Shown here piece by piece: positions 29,277 through 38,732 of a stretch of 64,000 nucleotides of DNA. Location: the IMG/VR virus record IMGVR_UViG_3300025934_000014, positions 32,001 to 96,000 of that record. One strand, written 5' to 3'. The stretch is from a virus. Its lineage: Duplodnaviria; Caudoviricetes. The position numbers and the translations under genes were made by a program. The notes beneath the pieces were generated by a model, which was given only the letters and a program-made list of their open reading frames with translations, searched no databases and was not told where the DNA came from. Numbering within the stretch: position 1 is the stretch's first letter; every line of letters begins with the position of its first letter.

Positions 29277-29333
29277 CACCGGAAAGCCCGAGGCGCGTTT
29301 CCGGTTGCACCCGCCCGGCTGAGAATCCCCGCC

Positions 29334-29858
29334 ATGTCTACACTCATGAATCCTCGCGCGATGCGCGAACGTCACGTTGTCGAAATCGACATGGGTCAGG
29401 GCCAGCACGTGCTCGCGCGGCGCGAGGACATGACGGTCATGGTCTTTGAAGGCCGCATCCCGATGCCGCTGCTGGTCGCGGTCCAGAAGATGATCGAGAT
29501 GCCGGGCGCGTCCCCCACCGAACGCCTCGCCGCGCTGGGCGAAGCGCACTCCCGTGAACTGGTCGATGTCGTGCGCGAGCATGCGATCAAGGTCGTCCTC
29601 CAGCCGGTGCTCGTGGCCGAAGACGACGGCAATCCCGATCACCTTCCGGTCGGTTTACTCACGCTCCCCCAACTCATTCAAATCTGGAGCGAGACTGCCG
29701 TTGTGCCGTTGATGACGGCGCAGACGGCGGCGGACTTTCGTGCAGGCGCACGCACCCCTGATGCTCCTGTGCTTCCAGATGGGGAAGCAGTACAACCAGC
29801 CGCCAAGCCGGTGGTGGTTCCAATCCGACCCGACATCGACGAATTCGTCCGCCTCTGA
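29334..29858 (+). CDS. Tail assembly chaperone (gpG-like)
   Basis: Lies before tape measure; overlaps a second-frame ORF. Confidence 0.75.
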   Translation: MSTLMNPRAMRERHVVEIDMGQGQHVLARREDMTVMVFEGRIPMPLLVAVQKMIEMPGASPTERLAALGEAHSRELVDVVREHAIKVVLQPVLVAEDDGNPDHLPVGLLTLPQLIQIWSETAVVPLMTAQTAADFRAGARTPDAPVLPDGEAVQPAAKPVVVPIRPDIDEFVRL

Positions 29859-29991
29859 ACGGGCGATGGCGTTCGACTTCGACGCCGCGTGCATGTCACT
29901 GGGACTCGACGCGGAGTTGAAGGCGCGTGAAGCCTACGACGAACAACATACCGGGACGAAGGTGACTCGACGCCGCTTCGGCGTGGGGTAA
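29737..29991 (+). CDS. Frameshifted chaperone extension (gpT-like)
   Basis: +1 frame opens at TTT CGT (29736-29741); Y..PPS...AFDFDAAC motif. Confidence 0.65.
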   Translation, partial: FVQAHAPLMLLCFQMGKQYNQPPSRWWFQSDPTSTNSSASERAMAFDFDAACMSLGLDAELKAREAYDEQHTGTKVTRRRFGVG

Positions 29992-30003
29992 GGGTGTGCG
30001 CTG

Positions 30004-33000
30004 ATGGCCGACAACGACGTACTCATCAAAATCGCAGCGGATGTCGCCAGTGCCGTCAAGGCACTGGAGGGCATGGTCGAGAAACTCGACGCGACCAACA
30101 AAGCGATTGCGGCGATTGGTGATACGTCCAGCAAGGCGAAGAAGGACTCCGAGTCGCTGAGCACGTTCTTCGGCGTGCAGATGGCGAAGTCGTTCGACGC
30201 GGCGAAGGAAGCGGCGCTGGGGTTGGTCGAGAAGATTCCCGACATGGTGGGCCACGTCGCGGAACTGGGCGACTCACTCCTCGCCATGAGCCAGCGCACC
30301 GGCGTCTCCGTCGAAGGGCTGTCCGGGTTGCGGTTCGTCGCGTCACAGGCTGGCGTGTCGTTTGAGTTGCTGGGCCGCACGGTTCAGCAGATGGGGAAGG
30401 AGATCGGAGAAGGCGGGACCAACACCGTCAACGCGATTGAAGGACTGGGCCTCTCGTTCGAGGCGTTGAAGGCGCAGTCCCCCGAGCAGCAGTTCCTCGC
30501 CATCATGGACAAGCTGCACGGCATCACCGACGCGTCCGAGCGCACGCGCAAGGGCGTCGAGTTGCTGGGGCCGAAGTTCAAGATGATGTCGAACCTCGCG
30601 ACGGAGGACATCGGCAAGTTGATGGAGGAGGCCAAGAAACTCGGCCTCGTCATGTCGGAGGATACGGCACGCGCCGCCGACCGGTACGGCGACTCCCTCG
30701 ACCGCATCAACAAGATGATGGAGGCGACCCGAAACGAGATCGGGGCGTCCCTTCTCGGCCCCCTGTCAGACTTCCTCGACCTCGCGCCACAAGTCAGCGG
30801 CGCATTGCTGGTAATCGGAGACGCTGTCCTCGATGTTGGGAAGGCCGCAGGCAAGGTCTTCATCAATATGCTCCCGCAAATTGTGGACAAGCTGGGAGGC
30901 TGGAAGAAGGCGTCCGAACTCGTCAAGACGGAAACCATCGCGCTCGTCACCAAACTCTGGACACAGGTCGCGGCCACGACGGCCTTGAGCGCGGTGCAGA
31001 CCGAAGCGACGGTCGCCACGAAAGCGTGGGCGGTCATACAAGGGATCGCGGCGGTCGCGACGGCAGGCGTGACGGCGGCGGTCAGGGCACTGACGGCTGC
31101 GATGCTGGCGAACCCGGTCCTCGCCATCATCGCCGGGCTGATTGCGCTGGGTGCTGCGCTCTGGGCGTTGAAGTCGCACTACAAGGGCGTCGAGGAGGAG
31201 GCTGCGAAATCTGCCAAGACCCAGATGGACGCGGGAAAGAGCGTCGTCCAGATCGAGGCCGAACTGATCCAGAAGGAGAAGGAGTATCAGGCGGCGCTGA
31301 CCAGAGGCGAGGTAGTACTCGCGGCGCGGCTCGACTCGGAGATCAAGGGCGTCAAGAGCAGCGAGGACTACAAGAAGGCCATCGAGGACTACAACACCGC
31401 CATCGAGGCTGGTTTAGCGCCGGGGGCCAATCAGGCGCAGGTCACGGCGTTCCTCGCGGAGAAGCAGGCGGAAGCCACACTCGAACTCCACAAGGGCGCG
31501 GATGCTCAGGCCGAGATTATCAAGCAGTCCGAGCACTTCAGGGACGCGCAGGACGAAGGCGCGAAAGCGTTAGAAGGCTTCTCGTACGAAACGCAGGAGC
31601 AAATCAAGTGGTTGCTCCTCGACGCCGATGCCACCAATGCCGTGGTCGCTGGCATCACCGGCATGACGGAAGCGCAAGTCCAGTCCGTCCGCACGCTCAT
31701 GGCTGCGCGTGCCGAGGCTGCGGCCTTCGACGCGAAGATCGCCGCACAGCGCGAGTCGATGGGGTTGACGGGCACGAGCGCCGCGCTGGCGAATGCCAAG
31801 GCCGAGCACGATGCGGCCATCCAAGCGATCAATGACAACAAGGCGTGGAAAGATGACGCCGCCAGAAACGAAGCCATTCGGCAAGCGGATGTCACGGCCC
31901 AAGTCAAACGCGCCGAGATCCTGACGAACTCTGCGCGTACCGCCGCGCAGTCGCGCATTCAACTCGCCGCCGATGCAGAGATCGCCGCCGTCAATGCGTC
32001 CAAGAAGGGACTCGACGCGCAACTGGCGATCATCGAGATCCGCAGGAATGCCGAGATCGCTGCTGCCAATGCCTCGGGCGATGCGGTCGGGGCCGCGATC
32101 AAGAAGCAGGAGGCCAACGCCAAGGCGCAACAGCAATCGGAGGCGGCGATCCGCGAGGAGCGGAAGAAGTCCGCCGAGGACGATCTGCGGCAACAGGCCG
32201 CGCAGCAGCAGGCGCTGATTGCCATTCGGTTAGAGGGCAACGAGAAAGAGATGGCCTTGATCAAGGCCAAGGAGGACGAGGACGAGCGCATCGCACGCGA
32301 CACCATCACCGATGCCACGTCGCTGGCCGACAAGCTGACGCTAATTCACACGGACGCCGCGAACCAGCGCGTCCTCGTGACCGAGAAGGCCGCGAAGCAG
32401 GAGCGAGAGGCGGCAGCGGAAGCCGTTCGCCAGCAGAACGAGTACGAAATCAAAACGACGAAGGTCGGCATCGATCAGATCGCCGCGCTCCGGGAAATCG
32501 AGTTAGAGCGCCGACTTGAACAGGCGCGGAAAAGCGGCGAAGACGAACAGCAGGTACGGCTGCGGTTTGAAGCGGAAACTGCCCGACTGATTGCCGAAGG
32601 CGACGACGTTACCTACACGGGTCGGCAGAAGAAGGCCACGGCGGCGCGAAACGCCTACATCAAGGCCAACAACGATCAGAACGTCTCGGACAAAGAACGG
32701 CTCCGGTTACTGCTTGCGGCTCTTGAGGCGGAAGCGCAAGCGAGGGGCGTCGTTGCCAGAAAGACCAGTGAGTACCACGCCGCAGAAATCCTTGCAGCGG
32801 CCGTCGCCCTCGACAACATCAAGAAGCAAACCGATGCGACCTATGAACAAGTCGAAGCCGCGCAGGATCTCCTCGACCTCAAATTACAGGAGGCGCAAGT
32901 AGACGAGGAGGCCCGGCGCAAACTCGCCATCGCGCAGTCGCAAGCCAAAGAAGCGCGAATGCGTGCGCACGGCGCGACTCCGAAAGAGATTGCCGACGAG

Positions 33001-35271
33001 CGCGGCAGGCGCGTCGGCGTCCGTGGCTACCAGACGAAGGAAGAAGCCACGCAGGCGGTCGCGGACGCCGAGCAAGCCCTCAAGGATCTTGGCAAGGACG
33101 CGTCGAAAGCCTCGCGGGATGCTGCGGAGAAGACTGTCAAGGATGCGAAGGAGGCGGCTGGACAGACCGTTACCACATGGGGCGAGGCCACGTCGTCCAT
33201 CGCGGCGTCGTTCGAGCAGATGGCGAACATCGGCGGGAAATCGTTCGGGGGTATTTCCAAGGCGGTGGGCGGTGTCTTCTCCCAGATGGACTTCGCCAGT
33301 AAGAACTTGGGTGGCCTATTCGGCAAAGACGCGGTCACGGGCAAGGACAAGACGCTGTTCGGCTTGCCCGGCATGGACTCCATCGGTGGAGGGAAGCTCG
33401 CCAAGGGCATGGGTGCGGCGGCGCAAGTGGCGGGTGGCGTGCAAGCCTTCATGGCCGGGACCGACAAGCGCGGAGCCGGGCAGCGTGCGCTGGGCGGCGC
33501 GATGGCGGGTGCCCAGATCGGATCGATTGCGGGTCCGTGGGGCACGGCCATCGGTGCAGGAGTGGGCGCGATTGTCGGGGCGCTCCGGAAGCCCGGTTGG
33601 GTCAAGGCGGCGAAGGATGTCGGCCGCGACTTCGGCACCGAGATCACCGACGAACTAGCGAAAGAGGTCGAGAAGTCCGCGAAGGAGAAATTCAAGGGCG
33701 ACCGGGGCGCAGGCGCACTGTTCAACCTCGACGCGATCATTGGCGAGGCGGGTGGGCTGAAGTCCGGCAACATCGACAAGTTCACGGGCAAGCTGCGCGA
33801 CGTGTTCTCGATGGTGGAGACGGGCAAGTTCTCCGCCGAGCAGGGTCGCGAGACGCTGGAGAAGAACTTCGGCGCGTTCGCGGACTACATCATCAAGAGC
33901 AACAAGGTCGCCTCCAAGAGTTTCCAAGAACTCCTCACGCTGAACGCCAACTCCGCTGCGAAGTCCGAGGAGATCGTCGGGTTCGTCAGCAGCCAGAACC
34001 AGCGGCTCGCGGCTGGCCTCTCCGGATTGTTTGCGCCGCTGTCGAAACAGATTGGCGACATGACGGATGCGCGGAAGGCGCTCTCCGACGCGCAAGCCTC
34101 TGGGAAAGAGATCGACGCCGACTCGCGGATGGTGCTTCAGCAGATGGCTGGAGACATCAAGGGCGCTGGCGAGCAGATGCAGCGGTTCGAGCGCCTGACG
34201 CTCGCCGGGTTCAACGCGGCCGTCGCGGCGGGTGTGCCGTACCTCGACGCGCTCGACCAGATGGGTCCGGCGCTCGACCAGTTGAGCGATGCGAACACCA
34301 AGCTGGGACGCGAGGGCGGCGCGGCGATCAACGAACTCCTCGGCATCCGTGAACTCGCGAAGACCTACCCGGAACTGGTCGCCTCGGCGTCGTCGCTGAA
34401 CGAAGTCACGATGGCGATGTCGAACATCGGCGCGTTGAACGTCGATACGATGGCCGACCTTCAGGCGCAGGGTGAGGAGACGTTCGGCAAGCTGGTCGAG
34501 GCTGGGTTCACCGAGACGCAGGCGCTTCAGCAGATGAAGGGCTATCTGGAGAACGTGCGGCAGGCGCACAAAGACCTCGGGTTGCCCATTGACGAGAACA
34601 CGCAACTCCTGATCAATCAGGCCGAGCAGACCGGCGTCCTGAAGAAGGAGTCGATGTCCACCAACGAGGTGATGATGGAGGGCTTCAGCGCCATCATCAA
34701 AGCCTTGGGCGGCGACATCCCGGCTGCGTTCACGAAGTTCAAAGATGCGGCAGCGGTGGCTGCGCAGGCGACGACGAAGTCCGTCGATCACGTCGAGGCC
34801 GCGATCAACGGCGTGGATTCCGCGCTGTCGGATACCGACTGGAGCGGCTGGTCACAGGAAGCTGTGGACGCGGCGACGGACGCGCAGGCCGCTGTCGATG
34901 CGGTGTCATTCGGTAGCTCGCCCGGTGGTATCAAGGAAATCCCGCTCAAGCTCGCCCAGTCGATGCAGGCGTTCCGCGACTGGCAGAAGGTCAGCGTCGG
35001 CGCGGCCGGTGCGGTGCGCGATGCGATTGACGCGTCCATCGGATCGACCGACGGCATCGCCTACGCCGGACAAATGAGCGGGGACGCGGCGATAGCTGCC
35101 GCTGCGGAGGCGAAGGCGCAGCAGGACATGATCTCCCTGAACGTCGCGATCAGCACCATTGACACGCAGGGGATGGAAGAAGCCGTCGAGAAGAAGATGC
35201 TCCCGGCGATCTCGAAGATTCTCCGCAAGGGCGGACGCAACCTGAGCGACATTCAGGGAGTGCTGCGCTGA
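30004..35271 (+). CDS. Tape measure protein (1755 aa)
   Basis: Ala-rich helical protein; MSQRTGVSVEGLS; hydrophobic Gly-rich segments; position. Confidence 0.92.
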   Translation: MADNDVLIKIAADVASAVKALEGMVEKLDATNKAIAAIGDTSSKAKKDSESLSTFFGVQMAKSFDAAKEAALGLVEKIPDMVGHVAELGDSLLAMSQRTGVSVEGLSGLRFVASQAGVSFELLGRTVQQMGKEIGEGGTNTVNAIEGLGLSFEALKAQSPEQQFLAIMDKLHGITDASERTRKGVELLGPKFKMMSNLATEDIGKLMEEAKKLGLVMSEDTARAADRYGDSLDRINKMMEATRNEIGASLLGPLSDFLDLAPQVSGALLVIGDAVLDVGKAAGKVFINMLPQIVDKLGGWKKASELVKTETIALVTKLWTQVAATTALSAVQTEATVATKAWAVIQGIAAVATAGVTAAVRALTAAMLANPVLAIIAGLIALGAALWALKSHYKGVEEEAAKSAKTQMDAGKSVVQIEAELIQKEKEYQAALTRGEVVLAARLDSEIKGVKSSEDYKKAIEDYNTAIEAGLAPGANQAQVTAFLAEKQAEATLELHKGADAQAEIIKQSEHFRDAQDEGAKALEGFSYETQEQIKWLLLDADATNAVVAGITGMTEAQVQSVRTLMAARAEAAAFDAKIAAQRESMGLTGTSAALANAKAEHDAAIQAINDNKAWKDDAARNEAIRQADVTAQVKRAEILTNSARTAAQSRIQLAADAEIAAVNASKKGLDAQLAIIEIRRNAEIAAANASGDAVGAAIKKQEANAKAQQQSEAAIREERKKSAEDDLRQQAAQQQALIAIRLEGNEKEMALIKAKEDEDERIARDTITDATSLADKLTLIHTDAANQRVLVTEKAAKQEREAAAEAVRQQNEYEIKTTKVGIDQIAALREIELERRLEQARKSGEDEQQVRLRFEAETARLIAEGDDVTYTGRQKKATAARNAYIKANNDQNVSDKERLRLLLAALEAEAQARGVVARKTSEYHAAEILAAAVALDNIKKQTDATYEQVEAAQDLLDLKLQEAQVDEEARRKLAIAQSQAKEARMRAHGATPKEIADERGRRVGVRGYQTKEEATQAVADAEQALKDLGKDASKASRDAAEKTVKDAKEAAGQTVTTWGEATSSIAASFEQMANIGGKSFGGISKAVGGVFSQMDFASKNLGGLFGKDAVTGKDKTLFGLPGMDSIGGGKLAKGMGAAAQVAGGVQAFMAGTDKRGAGQRALGGAMAGAQIGSIAGPWGTAIGAGVGAIVGALRKPGWVKAAKDVGRDFGTEITDELAKEVEKSAKEKFKGDRGAGALFNLDAIIGEAGGLKSGNIDKFTGKLRDVFSMVETGKFSAEQGRETLEKNFGAFADYIIKSNKVASKSFQELLTLNANSAAKSEEIVGFVSSQNQRLAAGLSGLFAPLSKQIGDMTDARKALSDAQASGKEIDADSRMVLQQMAGDIKGAGEQMQRFERLTLAGFNAAVAAGVPYLDALDQMGPALDQLSDANTKLGREGGAAINELLGIRELAKTYPELVASASSLNEVTMAMSNIGALNVDTMADLQAQGEETFGKLVEAGFTETQALQQMKGYLENVRQAHKDLGLPIDENTQLLINQAEQTGVLKKESMSTNEVMMEGFSAIIKALGGDIPAAFTKFKDAAAVAAQATTKSVDHVEAAINGVDSALSDTDWSGWSQEAVDAATDAQAAVDAVSFGSSPGGIKEIPLKLAQSMQAFRDWQKVSVGAAGAVRDAIDASIGSTDGIAYAGQMSGDAAIAAAAEAKAQQDMISLNVAISTIDTQGMEEAVEKKMLPAISKILRKGGRNLSDIQGVLR

Positions 35272-36083
35272 TGTCTACATTTCTGTATACGAGGCCGACG
35301 GATCGGTTCGACGGGTCCACGACCGCGTTGGGCACGTTCTCCGTCAGTGCAGGCACGGAAGACCCGGCCTACAAGGCCGTGAACCTCGTGAACGGGCGAC
35401 CCGAGCAACCCGCGAAGCTGCTGGAGCGCAGTAACTGCGCGTGGCTGTGCGACCTCGCCATCGCCCAGCACATGGGGATCGTCGGCATCATCAACCACAA
35501 TTTCGACCCCGGCCTGAAGGTGTATCTCTCCGGCAATGCGACGGACAACTGGACCTCGCCCAGTTACTCGTTCCCCTTCACGGTGCCGGAGCGTCGGCTC
35601 GACCGCTTCACGACGAACCTCTGGATTGTGGTGAACAAGACGTTCCGCTACTGGCGGCTGACGGTGATCGGGCAGGCGAACAGTGCGCCGATCTCGGTTG
35701 GGGAGTGGGCGCTCTATCACACCGCTCGCGACCTCGGCGTGCGCAACATCAAGTGGGGATCGACTCGCGCGTGGCATAAGCCGTCGATTGTCCACGAGAC
35801 GGAGATGGGCGTGCGCCGGGCCTACACCATCGGCACGACGTTTCGCTCGCTCGATGTCGAAGTGCAGCCCACTGACACCGGCGTGCGCGATGTGGACGAC
35901 TGGTTCCGTGCGGCGGACGGCAACGTGCGGCCGTTTCTCGTGGTGGCGAACAAGGACGACTTCGATGCCGAAGTCCTGATGGCGACGTTCACCGACGCCG
36001 ACCAGCCGTACAAGCGCGAGGTGCGGAACTACAACACCGCGACCATCATGCTGCGCGAACTGTCGCCCGGACTGTATCCCTAA
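35271..36083 (+). CDS. Distal tail-like protein
   Basis: Follows tape measure (TGATG); FRYWRL..I.VGE motif. Confidence 0.6.
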   Translation: MSTFLYTRPTDRFDGSTTALGTFSVSAGTEDPAYKAVNLVNGRPEQPAKLLERSNCAWLCDLAIAQHMGIVGIINHNFDPGLKVYLSGNATDNWTSPSYSFPFTVPERRLDRFTTNLWIVVNKTFRYWRLTVIGQANSAPISVGEWALYHTARDLGVRNIKWGSTRAWHKPSIVHETEMGVRRAYTIGTTFRSLDVEVQPTDTGVRDVDDWFRAADGNVRPFLVVANKDDFDAEVLMATFTDADQPYKREVRNYNTATIMLRELSPGLYP

Positions 36084-36092
36084 GAGGCCGCG

Positions 36093-38732
36093 ATGTCCCT
36101 GCTGTTCCTCGAATCGTTCGATAGCTACACCGCCGATCCCGGCGGCGGCATCCCGCTGAAGTGGACGCACGGAGCCGGGTGGGTCGCGCCGGAGTACGGG
36201 CGGCACGGACAGGGCATGCGCGGGACCGCCGGGGTCGTGCTGCCGACCGTCGCGCACAACCGCGTCATCATGGGCACGGCTGTTCGCTCCGCGACCAACG
36301 CGTTCAGCGCGACCGGGTTCGCGTGGATTGCCGACAAGGGATCGAAAATCTTTGAAGTGGTGATGTGGCCGGACGGCACCCTCGCGGCGTGGGCGCTGGG
36401 CGGCGGCACGGGCGTGATTCAGAGCAGCCCCGGCTTGTTGGCCGTGCTGGCGTGGTACTTCATCGAGATACAGGCGGACATCCTCCAGCGCGATGCCGGA
36501 GGCGGTCAGGTCTTTTACGACATCCGCAACGTGCGCATCTGGGTGGACGGGTCGCGCGTGATCGACGTGCCCGGTACGGCGTGCTCGACCAGTGCGCGGA
36601 GTCCGCTGGGTGGCGTGCCCTCGCCGTATGGCTGGAACGAGGCCGGAGTCGGCACCGATACGAACTACGTGTTCGATGACGTGTACGTGCTTGACGGCGT
36701 GGACGCGGCTCCGGGCTGGATCGCTGGCGACCCGCGTCACTTCGACCATCCGACCGGCGACGTGCAGTTGCGCCCGTACTATCCGGCGGCTCCCGGCGAC
36801 CTCACGCAGTGGACGCCATTTCCATTCGGCTTCGCTAACTGGCAGACCGTGAGCGAGCATCCGCCCGATGGCGATGCCTCGCGCAACAGCGCAACGGCGC
36901 TCAACCTCGCGGACCTGTTTGCGCTCGATCCGGTGGATACGAACAACGGCCTGATGGCCGTGCAGCAAGTCACGATGGCTCGCCGGAGCGAACAGAACTT
37001 CGGCTCGATCCGGTCGCTGTCGAAGTACAACGGCGCAGTCGTGCAGGGACCGGAGCATATCCTGCCGTCCTCGTATCTCTACTTCCGCGACCTCTATCCG
37101 TTTGCGCCGGATGGCAGCGTCTGGACGGACGAGAAGATCAACGCGTGGCAACTGGGCTACATCAACACGGTGCCCACGAAGCTCCTGAGTCCGCCCGTGA
37201 GCCTGACGGTCAATCAAGTCGCCGGGTCGGCAGGCACGTCGCAGTTGGCGCTCGCGTGGCAGAACGACAACGCCGGTGATGCGATCAATGTCTATCGCTA
37301 CTCGGTGGCGACCGACTGGGTCTTCCTGACGACGCTCCCGGCCGGGACGACAGCGCACACCGACTCCGGGCTGGAGGAGAACACCACCTACACGTACACG
37401 CTGCGGCACACGCGCATGGGTGCGGAGTCCGGGAACTCGAATTTTGCCGCGAACACCACATTGCAGGGGCTGCGTCCGCCGTTCAACCTGACCGTGAGTC
37501 CTGTCGCCGGGCAGACCTCACAGTTGCGTCTCGACTGGACGAACGTCAACAACAGCGACCTCCTCGACGTGTACCGAGACGGCGCGTACGTCGGGCAGCT
37601 TCCGGCCGGGTACACCGCGTGGGTCGATACCGGCCTCGCCATCGGGACGACGTACACCTACTTCCTGCGGCACTGGCGTGATGGCGTGGAGTCCACGAAT
37701 TCCAACGTCGCGTCGAACACGACGCTGGGTCCGCCTGCGCCGCCGTTCAACGTCTCGGCGCAGATCGCGTCCGATTCGTCGCTGCTGGCGACATGGGCGA
37801 ATGCCGATGTGGCGACGACCGAGATCGTGGTCAACGGGGCGTACTGGACAACGGTCGGTGAAGGTGTCACGTCGTATCTGATCAGCGGCTTGCAGCGAGC
37901 CACTGATTACAGCATCCAGTTGCGCCACAGCAAGCTGGGGCTGTACTCCGCCTACTCCGCGCCGGTCGGTGGCCGTCCGCGCGTCGTCGCCAACGGCGGC
38001 AACATCCGCGACGAGGGCGGGTTCCGGTATCACTTCGGGACAGACGACTTCGTCTTCAGCGTGATCGCGGGTGGCGCGATCTCCTATCGCGGCTTCTCGC
38101 AGGGCGGCAACGGCGGTCAAGGCATGCCGACTGGCGGCTTGGACGACGAAGGTGATCCGCACGGCTGGACGGGCGGCGGCGGCGGGGCTGGCGGGAATTA
38201 CTTCGCCGCGAACGACAGCATCGAGCCGGGCGGCAACGGCGTGACGGGCGTGGACTACCCGGTGCAAGTCGGGTCGCCGCGCAACAACGGCTGGACGACG
38301 TATCGGAGCGAAGTGGCTCCGGCGTCGAACTACGGCGGACCCGGCAATCCTCCGCAGCCGGGCGTGGACGATCCGGGCTGGGGCGGCTTCGGTGCGTCGA
38401 ACAACCACTACCCCGGTGGCCTTGGTGGACGGCAAGGCCAAGGCAACAGTTGCGGCGGCGGCGGCGGCGCTGGCGCGGGTGGTCCCGGTGAATCCCAGAT
38501 CGCAGGCCCGGCCTCGGAGAATCCGGGTGCGCTCGCCAATATCGGCGGCTCCGGTGGCCCCGGCGTGTTCATGCCGATCTTCGGCACGGTCTGCACCGGC
38601 GGACGCGGTGGCCGTGGCCCCGGCAGCGGCCAGAACGCCACGCAGTGGGGCGACGGCGGCGCTGGCGGTGGTGATGGGCAGGGCGGAGGCGTCGGCTTCC
38701 AAGGCGGCTTCGTGGCGTGGTATCCGCTGTGA
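36093..38732 (+). CDS. Tail protein with FN3 repeats and Gly-rich C-terminus
   Basis: Three L.W..YR..DSGL..TTYTY.LRH repeats; GGxGG tail. Confidence 0.8.
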   Translation: MSLLFLESFDSYTADPGGGIPLKWTHGAGWVAPEYGRHGQGMRGTAGVVLPTVAHNRVIMGTAVRSATNAFSATGFAWIADKGSKIFEVVMWPDGTLAAWALGGGTGVIQSSPGLLAVLAWYFIEIQADILQRDAGGGQVFYDIRNVRIWVDGSRVIDVPGTACSTSARSPLGGVPSPYGWNEAGVGTDTNYVFDDVYVLDGVDAAPGWIAGDPRHFDHPTGDVQLRPYYPAAPGDLTQWTPFPFGFANWQTVSEHPPDGDASRNSATALNLADLFALDPVDTNNGLMAVQQVTMARRSEQNFGSIRSLSKYNGAVVQGPEHILPSSYLYFRDLYPFAPDGSVWTDEKINAWQLGYINTVPTKLLSPPVSLTVNQVAGSAGTSQLALAWQNDNAGDAINVYRYSVATDWVFLTTLPAGTTAHTDSGLEENTTYTYTLRHTRMGAESGNSNFAANTTLQGLRPPFNLTVSPVAGQTSQLRLDWTNVNNSDLLDVYRDGAYVGQLPAGYTAWVDTGLAIGTTYTYFLRHWRDGVESTNSNVASNTTLGPPAPPFNVSAQIASDSSLLATWANADVATTEIVVNGAYWTTVGEGVTSYLISGLQRATDYSIQLRHSKLGLYSAYSAPVGGRPRVVANGGNIRDEGGFRYHFGTDDFVFSVIAGGAISYRGFSQGGNGGQGMPTGGLDDEGDPHGWTGGGGGAGGNYFAANDSIEPGGNGVTGVDYPVQVGSPRNNGWTTYRSEVAPASNYGGPGNPPQPGVDDPGWGGFGASNNHYPGGLGGRQGQGNSCGGGGGAGAGGPGESQIAGPASENPGALANIGGSGGPGVFMPIFGTVCTGGRGGRGPGSGQNATQWGDGGAGGGDGQGGGVGFQGGFVAWYPL

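Noticed and set aside
35253-37409. Long minus-strand ORFs (also 2759-4279, 17650-19212, 48589-50208, 54646-56259)
   Set aside because: Antisense shadows of high-GC plus-strand genes, with no motifs.
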